A DNA stretch of 37,449 nucleotides from Octopus bimaculoides (GCF_001194135.2 NC_068983.1:38705435-38742883); one strand, 5' to 3'; counted from the first letter of the stretch, positions 11,650-24,599 are shown. Numbers and translations: made by a program. The notes: generated by a model from the letters alone, not told the origin.

Positions 11650-12200
11650 TAGGCGTGATTGTGTGGTAAGAAGTTTGCTTCAAAACCACATGGTTCTAGG
11701 TTCAGTCCCACTGTGTAACACCTTGGGCAAGTGTCTTCTACTTTAGCCTCGGGCCGACCAAAGCGTTAGGAGTGGATTTGGTAGACAGAAACTGAAAGAT
11801 ACATTTCGCATATATTTGTGTGTGTGTGTGTGTGTGTTTATGTATGCGTGCGTGTGAGCACTNNNNNNNNNNGGGTCCGCCCCGGGCGGCACTTTTCATC
11901 CTGCTGTAGGCTATTGCTGTAGACAATGTGTTTTTTGTGGGGTCCGAGGGCGGCAAATGGATGGGCCGCCCTGGGCAGCACACACTCTAGCTACGCTTGT
12001 GCGTGTGAGCGCGAGTTGGTGTATTTATGTCACCGTAAACTGGCAGTTCGGTAAAAAAAGATCGATAGAATAAATATCAGGATAAAAACAAAAATAAGTG
12101 CTGAAGTTGAATCATTCGAATAAAAAATAATGCTTCAAGGCGGTGCCCCAGCATGGCCGTAGTCTGGTAACTGAAACAAGTAAAAGATAAAAGATAAAAA
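11650..12200 (+). mobile_element. SINE family B interrupted by a GC-rich insert
   Basis: Head at 11650-11810, tail at 12010-12200, insert at 11873-11996 within the central microsatellite. Confidence 0.75.
11873..11996. mobile_element. GC-rich hAT-like MITE end
   Basis: Repeated CCGCCC/GGGCGG subterminal motifs and a CTAGCTACGC terminus-like sequence. Left end lost in a gap. Confidence 0.45.
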
Positions 12201-12308
12201 AACATGTATGTGTGTGTGCGTGCGTACGTGGTGCGTGCGTGTGTGATCTATACATATACGTTATAAATATAAAGATTTGAACGTACGTACTGATGATATA
12301 TATATATA

Positions 12309-12947
12309 CAGGGATACCTTTGCTTAAGTCGTTTCGATTTAAGTCGTTCTCGATTATACGTCGGTTTTCAAAAATGATATATGGTAAAATAAAAATCAAG
12401 TTAAGTTATTTTACTCGACTTTACGTCTGTCCGCCACAAATATTGGAATCGTAAAATCACTAGAAAACGGTTAAAAGCACATAAAATCATGTTACTGTAC
12501 AATAAATAACAGTAAAAGCGTATAAAATCATATTAAAATACGTACAGTAAATGTTAAGATACACACCATAAAGTAGTGTAGCTTAGTGAACGAAATCATG
12601 AAATCAGTAGTGTTGTTTTATTTATTGGTCTTTCGGAGCTCATATTTTACCATGTCTTATTGCAAACCGCTTTCATATATAATGCGTTCGCGATGTATGG
12701 TAAACACCGCCAAATTGTATTCATAAATTTAGATTACTTTTTTTGATTGTACTGTATTAAAAAATTAAAAAAATTATTTGTTTGTTAGCTTAAAATAGGT
12801 TTTTATTAACCGTGCATTATTGAAAATGCATTGATAAATAAAGTTTAGCCTAGAGACAAGTAAATTCGGCCTAGCCTAGAAACAAATTAATTCGACTTAA
12901 GACGTGTCTCTGAGAACCAATTAACGACGCAAGATGAGGTATGCCTG
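12309..12947. mobile_element. Tigger/pogo-type MITE
   Basis: TIRs CAGGGATACCT... / ...AGGTATGCCTG (Tigger-like CAGGCATACCT). TA on the left, TG on the right; non-coding AT-rich interior. Confidence 0.75.
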
Positions 12948-13493
12948 TGTATACATACATACTTATGCGAGTATAGAGATGCAAAGCAAATTTCAGAGAC
13001 TAGCACCAGAAAATCAAATATAGATTTAAATAGTTTTCTTTTAATTGAAGCTAAAAAATTTCACCAACAGTTATTCAGAGCTTCACGTGATCGATCATCC
13101 CACAAAATACGACTACCTGATGATCAGTTTGTCAAGTCTTTTTAGCGTCAATAAATTACACACGCACACGCACGCATGCACACACGCACACGTACGCACG
13201 CACACATACACACACACACGCACACACACACACACACACATTATCTGATCTCATAAGTATAAACTTTCGAGAGAAAGTGAAATAATAATTTGGAAGGGGT
13301 GGGGGAGAATAGTGGATCTCGAAGCAAATAAAGCTATAAATAATAGCATGTCAATATATTTCTTTTTATTTAACACATTTACATGCTATTATGAATATTG
13401 TTGTTTTTTTGTTGTGTGCTTCGAGATCCACTGTCAATAAAAAAGAATTCTGTGTGAATGTGCCTATTATATATAGATGAGTGTTGTATATGT

Positions 13494-13678
13494 CAGTGTT
13501 CCGCAACCTTTTTCCCCTTGTGGTACACCTATATTCTTTTCAAAAATCAGAGGCACACCTGAACTAAAAATATAACCAAAAGTATAGGGAAAAAATTATA
13601 TTCAGGTTTCACTGCGGCACACCTAGCATTGTTTCGTGGCACACCAGTGTGCCGCGGCATACCGGTTGCGGAGCAATG
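13494..13678 (+). mobile_element. hAT-Charlie-like MITE (185 bp)
   Basis: TIR CAGTGTTCCGCAACC / GGTTGCGGAGCAATG; 8-bp TSD GTATATGT / GTATATGC; second copy at 28743. Confidence 0.85.
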
Positions 13679-14845
13679 GTATATGCTTGTGTATACTCAC
13701 ACACGTGCTTTTGTCTGCACCTTTTGAACAGCTGTGTATCTGTGCAAGTGGCGTCTATATATGTGCTTGTATGTATATGTATGCACAGCATATTGAAGTA
13801 CAAGGAAGTTCTTAACTCGAAAAAAGTAGACGACATGCAGCAGCAACAACATCAAGGACAAAAAGATTTTGTGCAAAAAATTTATGAAGATCACCTAAAT
13901 TTTATTAAAATCGTTACGACGTAAAGCTTTCTAGTTATGTTTGTTGTTAGTGAAGAATGTTGGACTCGTCACCACCACCACCACTACTATTTTCAATGTC
14001 GATATCGTGTTAGTTGTTGTGGTGGTGTTCATCATCATCGTTACTGTTGTCCGCATCATCGTCATCATCACCACCTTATTGATTCTCGTCCATTGTTATT
14101 TATTGCTTGTGTTATTGTTGTCGTCAATCTGCGTTGTCATTTATTTTATATTACAGTACAAGCTGTTTTGTTGCTTCTCTGTGACCGTCTCCACCACTGC
14201 TGCTTGCGGCGCTGACGCCGCCGTCTCCTCTTTGTCGTCATCATCGTAGTAGTCATGGTCGTTGTCGCCTGCATAGCTTAAACGCCGATCTAGCAGTCTT
14301 TAAATCAACACTAAATTCTTTGAATTGTTTTTAAAAGTGAGTAAACAATAAACCCCAGACAAAATATGTAGACATATGTATATATTTTCTTAAACTTAAT
14401 CAACAGGTGAACAACCGGCCAACTGAAAACACTCATAGTTCTGCAATGGACGACAAACTTATCCGAAACCTACGTTTTTTATTATTTGTTTTATAAACAG
14501 TTTGTTTATGGATATGTAAAGTAAATTTTAAAGGATAACAAAAGCTTCTCACGGAAATATTCCCCTTATTTTTTGGAGTATAGTAGCTGTATGAAGGAGA
14601 GAAACTTGGGGAGATACATAACAATAAGGATTAAGGTAAATATAAAGTTGTGGCCTGTTGGTCTTCTCTTCAGTCTCTCTCTCTCTCTCTCTCTCTCACC
14701 ATCTGTCTGTCTGTCTTTCCCCCTTTTTCTTTGTCTATTGTATTCTTTATTTTTTTCTCTCTATCTGTTGAAGTCGTCGATATCGAATTGGTGTATATGT
14801 ATCTTGTGTACACAACGCGTACACAGTAAATTTGATTACATACAT

Positions 14846-14902
14846 ACTTACATACATACATACATACATACTTACATAGATACATACATACATACACACA
14901 TG

Positions 14903-14951
<49 letters not shown>

Positions 14952-15185
14952 ATTCTATGTATGTATATATNNNNNNNNNNNNNNNNNNNNNNNNNNNNNN
15001 NNNNNNNNNNNNNNNNNNNNNNNNNNNNNNNNNNNNNNNNNNNNNNNNNNNNNNNNNNNNNNNNNNNNNNNNNNNNNNNNNNNNNNNNNNNNNNNNNNNN
15101 NNNNNNNNNNNNNNNNNNNNNNNNNNNNNNNNNNNNNNNNNNNNNNNNNNNNNNNNNNNNNNNNNNNNNNNNNNNNNNNNNNNNN

Positions 15186-15235
<50 letters not shown>

Positions 15236-15710
15236 TGTACTATGACTGCGGAGATGACAGTACCATAAATAATACATATACACGTATATATATAACATGC
15301 ATATACATATATACCCACACACCCACACATGCATGTGTACACACACATATATGTATGTATCTATACATGCACACATGTATGCGTGTGTGGGTGCATGTAT
15401 ACGCACATTGATACACACGCTTGTATTAAAACCTGGATCTAACGAACCATTACTGGAGCAGAAACAGAAGCTAGGGGCAAATCTCCATGTGAACATATGG
15501 GGGTGTGTGCGTGTTTGAGTGTATGTATGTATGCATGTATGTATATGTGTGTATGTATGTATGTGTGTATGTGTGTATGTATGTATGTATGTATGTATGT
15601 ATGTATGTATGTATGTGTGTATATATGTGTGTGTGTATATATGTATGTACGTACGTCTGTATGTATGTATGTATCTATGTACGCGTGCAGACGCACATAA
15701 CTATTTGAAC
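14846..15710. repeat. Compound (TACA)n/(TA)n/(TATG)n microsatellite block spanning a gap
   Basis: Direct inspection. Confidence 0.9.
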
Positions 15711-16999
15711 ATACGTAAATAGTAAATTAAAAGTGAAAGAAGTTGTTTATACCACGTAAGCATGTGCCAGTGCTCTTGATACCCGCTGTAACCCGTACAT
15801 TTTCTTAGGGTCTCCTTTTACTCATTTCTTCAAATGACTAACAGATTTAAAGGCTGATGCAATGTAAGGGTGTTCATTACATTCTAACAATCATCACATC
15901 ACTACCACACCTACTTTACCCCGGACGTCAGTCATACAGTGGACCATATTTCAGTTCGGTGTAGTCGCTTGATGTGCTAGAAATAACAGCTAAATCCCCT
16001 CTCAAATTTACACCGATGCACGTTAGAAAGGACACATTGGTTGACATGGTTTTGACGAAGGAGAACATTGTAGTTAAGAAAAAGGGTATGGGTGATCATG
16101 ACTGGAATCAGTGCTGTCTTAACCACATTATCGACTCTCTATCTCTCCCAGCGGATAAAACAATGCACTGGGACTTGTATATAGTATTTATGGAAATCTT
16201 TCGGTATTAGTAGACGACGTCATTCACCCTCTTTCAGTTTAGCCCCTTTATCTATATCGTGAGGAAACGTTGTATGGGTGAATGACGTCGCCTACGAATA
16301 CCGAAAGATTGCCACTATCTTGTGAGCCCATAACTTTAATCATAGGTCTATTCTATCAGGCCCGGGAACTAAACAACAAGAGCTATAAACACTTGTAGAG
16401 AAATAAGACTGGCGGGAACAATTTATAATAGCACGAGCTAATTCGTTAATTTGTTTTGTTTTGTTTGGCAGGGTAACATTAAACTCGTTAATTCATGTCA
16501 TTCAATTCCCACCAATTATTACGATAAACCAAAAATATGTAGCGTGACACACTTTTGTCCCTAGAGTGGCCATGAAATAAAATTCGTTTAAATTACGTTT
16601 TGTTTATTATCTCTAACCCCCGGAGAAAAAAGGTTGGTTACATTCTATAGAAATATGAAATGAAAAGAAAAAGCGGTTAAGAGGCTACTAGTGGCATGAG
16701 TCAATGAAATACTTGTCATTCTCTGCTAATAGATATTTTATAAGCACAGGCGCGGCCACACGATCAACCTAAATAACATGGGTCGAAATACACGCCCATG
16801 TCTCCCTCTTCCATCGTCAGATTATTTCGTCAGAGGTGACTCTGGTCAATTAGTTATGTTCGAGATCTTTGATAAAAGGTGCTCTTAAACGCTGTGGTTT
16901 TTTCCCCCCTTTCAGGCACGTAATCTCAATACAGCGTATCTTTATAAGTTACTCTCACCTGTTCCTTCGTTTTACCTCTTTTTTTTTTTTTTTTTGGAG

Positions 17000-17242
17000 G
17001 GGCGAAGGTAAAAAATACGCACACTCTGTGTTAAGGGTTAGGGTGGAGGGTTACTGTAAAGAATATGTACACCACCCGTTTTCGGCGTAACTAACTCTAA
17101 CCCTAACTCTTAACCCTTACCCTAAACCCTAACCCTAACCACCGGGTGTACATTTTCTTTACTTTAGCCAAGGTTGGGGTTTAGGGGTTAGGGTTAGGGT
17201 TACGCCGAAAACGGGTAGTGGGCGTATTCTTTACCTCCGCCC
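17000..17242. mobile_element. Nested inverted-repeat element with TTAGGG/CCCTAA tracts
   Basis: Outer IR GGGCGAAGGTAAAAAATACGCACACT (17000-17025) / AGTGGGCGTATTCTTTACCTCCGCCC (17217-17242). 17058-17091 also pairs with about 17199-17232. Telomere-like tracts at 17031-17052, 17090-17140 and 17172-17200. Confidence 0.75.
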
Positions 17243-17287
17243 TTTTTGTTTTGTTTTTCCCTTTTCTTTTGTATTTGCTGGATCTAG

Positions 17288-17378
17288 GAGGGACGGGATA
17301 TCACCCATGGTCTTTTTCCACGGGTCTTCTGAGACCGGTGAGACTGAAATCGATAACGTTCTGCTTCAGTTTATGCAG
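17288..17378 (+). other. Candidate first/early exon at the left edge of the CpG-depleted zone
   Basis: CpG-containing sequence. ATG at 17307 opens MVFFHGSSETGETEIDNVLLQFMQ up to a CAG|GTCAGC donor (alternative donor CCG|GTGAGA after 17337). G-rich sequence follows. No homology recognised. Confidence 0.2.
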
Positions 17379-18004
17379 GTCAGCGATTACTTGAAAAACA
17401 CGAGCAGGGAGAAGTTTCCAAGGGATCGGCCTTTTGGGTGGGGTAGGTGGTTGAAAGATTGGGTATAGTGGTTAGTGCAAAGCCTGAAGGGGTGGACGTA
17501 ATATAGGTGATGTGAGTCGCGGGGTAATGAGTCAGGAATGTTCAGGTGACGGTAGCATGAGAGTAACTAGTTCTAAAGAGTAGAAGCTATTGTAGATGTG
17601 GCTTATGATGGAGACAGAGAAGACTGCAGTTTTGTATATCTTGGGTAATTTAATGTTGAATATGTGTGTGTATGTGTGTTTGTGCGTGCGTGCGCGCGCA
17701 CATATTTATACTCATGCACACACGCACATACGCGTTTTTATGCTCAGTTATAATAAAAACAATTTTACATTAATCTGATGGATTGCTCTATAGTTTTGCA
17801 TAGATTTATTCAATAAAAATTTCACTAAAACACCTTTCCCTAACAACCCATCCTAAAACCTAACTATCACTTCACTCAAGAAAGATTTTAACTCAACAGT
17901 GACTATATAAAGCCAAGATTAACTTCAATGCATTGCATTCTAACAATGGTTTAACTGGCTGGCACTTCGAAGTCATTATCAACAACATTCTTGTTTAAGA
18001 ATAG

Positions 18005-18055
<51 letters not shown>

Positions 18056-18124
18056 TACATACATGCATATACACACACACACATAAATATATATGTATAT
18101 ATATATATATATATNNNNNNNNNN

Positions 18125-18235
18125 GTTCAGTTTCACTGCATAGTAGCTTGAGCAAGTATCTTCTACTTTAGACCCCGGGATGAACAAAGACTTGTGAATG
18201 GATTTGGTAGATAGAAACTGAAAGAAACCTGTTAT
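18125..18235 (+). mobile_element. SINE family B fragment, CpG-depleted
   Basis: GTTCAGTTTCACTG...GGATTTGGTAGATAGAAACTGAAAGAAACCTGTTA. Confidence 0.7.
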
Positions 18236-18260
18236 ACACACACACACACACACACACGCA

Positions 18261-18294
<34 letters not shown>

Positions 18295-18300
18295 AAAATG

Positions 18301-18530
18301 TGGAGGCATGTGGCGTAAAATTGTGGTTTCAGTTCCTGGCCCACTCAGTGAGTTGAGTTCTTGAGTAAAACACTTTAATCTATGTTGCTCCAGTCCACTC
18401 ATTTGTCAAAAATGAGTAACCCTTTGATGGATCAATGTCCTGTCCAATGGGGAAATATATATGCCACGGAATCTAGGAAACTGTCCTTATGACCCTATGG
18501 CTCAGCAAGGACCTTTGATCTTTTTTTGTG
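18301..18530 (+). mobile_element. Degraded tRNA-derived SINE (family E)
   Basis: GGAGGC head, TTCTTGAGTAAAACACTT..TTGCTCCAGTCC core; related to the element split by the LTR at 19611-20280. Confidence 0.5.
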
Positions 18531-18628
18531 TTTTTCTTTTTTTGATGTATAAAAGTTGAAGAAAAGCAGATCAGAAAAAAAGTTGATTGTAGGTCCAAGC
18601 TAGTTTTATTAATATATTGTCTTAGAAA

Positions 18629-19075
18629 GGCAGTGAACTGGCAGAATTGTTAGCATGTTAGGAAAAATACTTAGCAGCCTTTTGTCCGTTTTTGTTCTGA
18701 GTTCAAATTCTGCTAATGCTGACTTTGCCTGTCATCCTTTTGGGGTTGATTAAAAAAGTACCGATTGAACACTAAAGTTGATGTATTTGGCTTCTCCACT
18801 CCCCTAAAAATTGCTGGCCTTTTGTCAAAATTTGAAACAAATATCTTGTGTTAGAGTTGTGGATTGGCAGAAAACCTAGAGCATTGGGGTAAAAACGCCT
18901 TGCAGTATTTGTCCTGGGGCTTTCTTTTCTGAGTTCAAATCCTACTGATGTCAGCTTTGCCTTTCAGCTTTTTGGGGCTTGATACAATAAACTACCAATC
19001 ATACTGGAGTTGATAGTATTGGCTTACCTCCTTCTCTCAAAATTGCTAGCCTATGCCTAAATCAAAAACCATTAA
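18629..19075 (+). mobile_element. Two tandem degraded SINE family A copies (18629-18842, 18856-19075)
   Basis: CTGGCAGAA...CTGAGTTCAAAT...CTTTGCCT..CA motifs in both; nearly all CpGs converted to TG/CA. Confidence 0.75.
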
Positions 19076-19664
19076 TATGTTTGGGTAAAAAGAATAAAGA
19101 TTAATTCTGTTGGTTTTGAAATAGTTTATATAAAAACAAAAATGCAATATTTCTGTACTTTAACAGCTGGCTGACACATGTTTATTATTTTTTTTATATT
19201 TCTGATCCACTGTACCCCAACCTCTACTATACAGTGAATCATTCCCTGGGGAACTGTGAATCAACATAAGATTGAATGGTTCAAAGAAGTCCCTCAGTGA
19301 AACCAGCTATATATCTTATTAAAGAATTGTTCAATTGTTGACAGTGTTATCCAAATAGAAATCATAAATATCTCTCAAAAACATTCTTTGACAAAAGTTA
19401 TCCACCCTAAAGGAAACATTTAACACAAAACCACATTCACAAAATCTCCAAAGACATCGATTCTGTACCCTTGTGCCCAATGTCTTCATTTGAAAATTCC
19501 TTTTAAATCACTATAAAAAAAAAATTTTTAACTGAAAAAATCATATAAAAAAAAGGGATGTTCAATAATAAATTCTCTATTTTATTCTTAATAAAAATAT
19601 TTTACAATTAGGACATGCATGGTTAGGGTGTTACACTCATGATCGCCAGATCGTGGGTTTGATT

Positions 19665-20215
19665 TGTAGTGAAACCTCTCTTTCCAGTATTTAATTACAA
19701 ATGATAACGAAGCGGCTAACATCTAGCCTTCGGTTGCCTTGGACCCTTGTGTCCACCACCCTGATTAGTTCTTATTTGCTCGGCATTTATCTCCAGTTCT
19801 GTTTTGTGCCAGGGTGCATACCATCCAATCGTGGCCTTCTAATAAGGTTACGTGAGAGAGAGTTTTTTCTGCATTTCTGGTGAGCCCTATTTCATTTATA
19901 AATTGCCTTGTTTGAACCATGCCAGTTTGTCTCAACTTCAGACCTCTCGCAGGTCTAGTCACGACCACAGACCTTTTCAGGTCTGGTCGCAGACCACACA
20001 CAGACACACTGTTCACTATGCTAATAAACTTACTCTCTTTATATATCGAATGGTTGTGTCTTTCTCTCATTCCTTTACTGGCACTTGGCTCGCATCTCTC
20101 ATAGCGAGCCCTCTATGTCATATTATATGTTTTGTAGCGACCGTGCAATGCGTTTAAAGGAGCCTGTTTCCATACCTCGCCATTCTCCTTTGGTTCGCAC
20201 GGTTGTTCTTTTACA
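19665..20215 (+). mobile_element. Solo LTR (551 bp) inserted into a SINE
   Basis: TGTA...TACA termini, 4-bp TSD GATT (19661-64, 20216-19), AATAAA at 20023. The SINE head (19611-19664) resumes at 20216. Confidence 0.7.
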
Positions 20216-20523
20216 GATTCTTGGGCCATATGGCATACTGTGTTCTTGAAGATACTTCATTTCATGGTGCTCTAGTGCTGTGTTGTGGCAGGCATGTTAA
20301 AGAATAGACCCAACATTTCCTCTGTGTGTCATAAAAGGTGACTATAAGAGGTTGAAGTAGGATTTACAGTCTGTTCATGTGAAGTCTTCACAAGTAACAA
20401 CTAACCAAACAGACTCATAGGTTGGGGGTTGCTGCCTGAGTGGTGCAAAGGTGTTATCTGCCAGGAGTAGGGAGCCACCAAATGATGGTAGATGCAGTGA
20501 TGCACTGTTACAGCGCATGCCCC

Positions 20524-20525
20524 TA

Positions 20526-20598
<73 letters not shown>

Positions 20599-20608
20599 GC
20601 TAATACTA
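20524..20608. repeat. (TAC)n microsatellite
   Basis: Near-perfect trinucleotide run. Confidence 0.95.
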
Positions 20609-21852
20609 CTAGAATGTAATTAGAAATGAAATAAAAGAATGCTGTTCATTTACAGAGGGATAATAAGTAAGGGATGGATGACATAAACAGATCTTGAAGT
20701 ATAGCAGAGTTAATAGAATGTGGGTCAGATGGTGCCCCTGTCTACATGTGCTGTGATTAAGCAGTCTGACAGGAAATATCTGATCAAAGAAATGAGAGTC
20801 TGGAGAAAGCTCAAAGGTGAGTGAATGGAAATTACTAAGTAAAACAGCATTGAAGTATATTACTACTATATTTTTGACAAATATATATTTGAAAACCTAA
20901 CAATAAACGTAATTATGGTATATTTCCCCAAGAGGTGCAAGAAGATATTTGTACCTGATATATAATTCAGATTTCTTCTTGTGTGATTTAAAACATTATC
21001 AAATATTTTCACCTTGGTATTTCACCAATATGAGATAAACATAGCCACAAATATATACAGTTTATTCACCAAGCAACTGATATTTTCATTATATGTGATG
21101 TAACATTGACAGATGTTTTTTACTGAATGTAATCTTACACACTGTCTTTGGACGTGATATGCTAGCAGGATATGCCTGCTTTATAAGTCTGACATATGCA
21201 TTCAGCTGCTTATTTATTTATTTATATTATTTATTTATTGAGGCCAGTTATAGTTAATTAAATAATATTGAATATTGTCAGTATATTATTGATTTGTATT
21301 TGATTGACCCTGGAGGAAGGAAAGGCAAAATTAGGTCAAGCTCAGACCTGAAAGAAAAATATATAAATACTATAATACATACAGTTAAATCAGTGCTAAC
21401 ATAATGTAACGTGCAAAGAAACATTAATTAATGAAAACTTCATTTGAATTGATGTGAGATAGATTCTGGATCAATGCTTAAATGTAACCTGGATAGGCAG
21501 GGGGGACAACTCCATGATTACCAATTAAAATTGGAAGTAGACATTTACTGAGGGAGAAAATGAATCAGAATTTTAGCTGACACCATAACTCTGGACAGTT
21601 TCTGCCTTGTCATACCTCCTCAGTAAAGCATAGTTTTTTTTTTATTGTGGTTGCAAGATCACCATGATAATATATATATCTTATGTGTAGAGTTAGATGT
21701 ACGATTACTACTGTATGAGTTAGAGTTTCACACAGATTATAATTATCCAGTCAGCTTCAAGTATATTTGTTAGTTTATCACTTGCAACAGCCAATGCTGA
21801 GTTCCAAAGAGCAACGGTGGTGACACGTACACAGGAACTAAATATTCATACT

Positions 21853-22080
21853 GGTGCTGGTGCCACATAAAAAGCACCTGTGCTACTACCGCCTTATGAA
21901 AAAGCACCCAGTATACACCGTTAAGTGGTTGGTATCAGGAAGAGCATTCAGCTGTAGAAACCATGCTGAAGCAGACAACTGGAGCCTAGCGCAACCCTAC
22001 AGCTTGCCAGCTTCTGCAAACCATCCCACCCTCTCCATGTCAGCATGGAAAATGGACATTAAATGAGAGTGATGATGATC
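21853..22080 (+). mobile_element. Retroposon family D (GTGCTGGTGCCACATAAAAAGCACC repeats...CATGCCAGCATGGAAAA..(GAT)n)
   Basis: Other copies: 25440-25545 (-), 27727-28075 (+), 31135-31183 (+ tail), 32006-32310 (-). Confidence 0.75.
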
Positions 22081-22693
22081 TGCTTATCTTAATTTTCCAT
22101 TAATTAAATATATATTCTCTCTATATCACTTGATATGTTTTCTGTTACTGTCTTTGTTTCTTTGTTTATTTGATATTTAGTTTCCCCAGTCTCCTCATGA
22201 CTCATCTGGAGACCTCATCTCTTCTTGCTATTGTATTTGTCTCACTTTTCTCTGTTCATATTCATCCTTCATATTCACTCATTTATACTCAATTAGCTTA
22301 TATTGCTGATGCCATCATATTTAACAATATTATCATGTCAAAATTGTGGTTATATCTATCTGTGACTATATATATATAATGGAACTGTGATTATGTATAT
22401 CAGAAAAAAAAATATATATAAGTCGAAGCAATTTGTTGGCTTTTTATGGTTTTTATAATTATTTATGTAATATTATGTTATGTTATGTTATATATCATAT
22501 TCATAGTATTTATTGTAATATAGTAATTTAAATAAATTATTTGATTATCAATAGAATATCTCCATATTTAATTTATCTTTATAATTGAATTATTCCAATA
22601 TTTATATGGTACCCAGCTGAAGTACCAGTGAATTGGATGTTTGACACACTCCTTTGAAGGATCTCTTTTCTTCAGTCTGTTACTTTACACACA

Positions 22694-22751
<58 letters not shown>

Positions 22752-23039
22752 TATACGCTGGCATAGGTTACATATTTATATGTAAATATGGATGCAATGC
22801 TTCAAAGCATTTTGCCCGGCATGCTAACAATTCTGCCAGCTCACTGCCTTATATTATATTACTAGATGATATCATCATAATAACTTTACCATACATAGGT
22901 TATGATTATATAACATAATGATTGTGGGGAATCTACTCAAGAGTGTCATCCACATAGAAAATTAACAAAGTATATGCTAACACATTTAATGAGGTAATCA
23001 AGAAAAACTTAATTAATCAATCCTAACTGACATAAATAG

Positions 23040-23290
23040 AGATAAACACTAGATCATTGCTTATCTCTTTTGTAATGCTTCTGTTGAAATATACTGGCTT
23101 TGTTTTAATTAATTTTGAAAAATAATGAAGAATTTAGTAAAATAAATTTGTCTTCATTAAGCTGGTGTTTGGAGCATTATCACAAAATATTGATGGCAGG
23201 TTTTAATTTAGTTAGATCACTTTAAAATTAGAAGCTTGCATCACAGAAACAGGTGCACTTTTGGGTGGATTTTGTATTGAAAGTGTTCAG
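23040..23290. mobile_element. AT-rich MITE-like repeat, possibly piggyBac-type (second copy 30366-30560)
   Basis: Shared CTGTTGAAATA...AATGAAGAATTTAGTAAAATAA...TTAAGCTGGTG; TTAACCCTTT terminus-like motif at 30526. Confidence 0.45.
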
Positions 23291-24599
23291 GTAAGACTAA
23301 TACCTCAGATTTCAGATAGCAAAATCTCAGGAAAATAGGAAAGGATATACCTCTGGGTGTTATTAGACTGTACAAAACTGCAAATATTTCACTAAGATGT
23401 GGCTATTATCCTTGTGTAGTTGGGCATTGTTGTAAAATCAACCGTTTCCAGCATTTTTTACATTTTTTTTCAAAATGACATTTCTCACTATGAGTAGCAA
23501 TTTTTAGGTCATGATATCTCCAAGAATAATTGATGTAATTGGCTGAAATTTTGCATGTGTATTACTTTGATACTTTGATACTTGCCTAAATGCTGATTTA
23601 GTGTGATTAGATACACTTCATTTGTTCATCTTCCAGGGGTCAAAAACGCTTGAACTGCTGCATATGTTTATGAGCAACCCCACAACGAAATCTAGGCCAA
23701 CTTCATCAATGTCTTTTGATTCAGCATCTAGTCTGTGCCCCAAACTATTGTCATTCCAAGTTAGAGCATATTATTTTGATAGTTTGATAGAGTAATTGAC
23801 CTGAAATACGGGTGCGTTTGCCTTGTCAGTCATTTTGAATTTATAATTAGGTCATGAGTAGATAATGAGAAAATTTGAATATTATATTTTTTGATAGACT
23901 AACATTGTTCTTGATGTATGTCATATTTGGTTTGATTGGGTTTTATTCCCACTGAGTGAAAGCATCTTCAATTTAGGAGTGTTTTCCTATGTCTGAGATG
24001 TTAGTCTTGTCTTAAATCTACTCAAGACAGACAAGGAAGACAACTCCAAATCTGAAAAAAGAAAAAGTCAAAACAAGATTATTACACCGATACCAATCAA
24101 TTAATTTATATTGGAAATAAGCAAGAAGTAAGACAAGTTGCAGGGAAAATTACTTTGATTTTTAGTTTAATTATCTAATATCTTGAGCAATGTTTAATTG
24201 TTCAAAACTTTATATAATATCATAGCAACAGATGTTTCTTTTTCTTTCTCATGTGACATAATTGTAACAGATGTGGTAATTAAAATTAACCATAGCTTGC
24301 ATGATTGTTTAACACTTTACAAAGATTATAAATATTCTTACGAATACTGCCTTGTCTGACTATCTTTATTTTCTTTTTTAACATTTTATTTTAATTTTTC
24401 ATTTTGTTTTTAAAAGAACCAGGTGGGTGAGTTAGGGGTATTGTAACAGGGAAGTTAGTACAATCTGTTAATGCATTTTGTGCAAAAGAGGGTCATACGG
24501 TGCAAAAATAAGATAAATCATGTTTGTATATTGTATACTGATTTGTCAACCTATATATTCAGTATGAAAAAAATCAATTGTTAAACCAATAAAAATACA

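Noticed and set aside
13649-13924. ORF ending in MQQQQHQGQKDFVQKIYEDHLNF
   Set aside because: Starts inside a MITE and TG repeats; weak splice signals and no recognisable homology.
21090-21197. C/D-box snoRNA-like layout (GTGATGT...CTGA...GTGATAT...CTGA with ATATG/CATAT ends)
   Set aside because: The C box deviates from RTGATGA, the stem register does not fit a K-turn, and no rRNA-complementary guide was recognised.
21544-21626. Hammerhead-like CTGAGGA...GAAAC on the minus strand within a 10-bp inverted repeat
   Set aside because: Stems I and II do not pair convincingly; at most a degraded relic.
23253-23290. Apparent exon (G)ALLGGFCIESVQ with donor CAG|GTAAGA
   Set aside because: Overlaps the end of a repeat that recurs at 30366-30560; poor acceptor.
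23357-24088. Possible old DNA transposon (GGTGTTATTA...TTATTACACC ends)
   Set aside because: The terminal match is only about 10 bp and imperfect; no TSD or coding motif.
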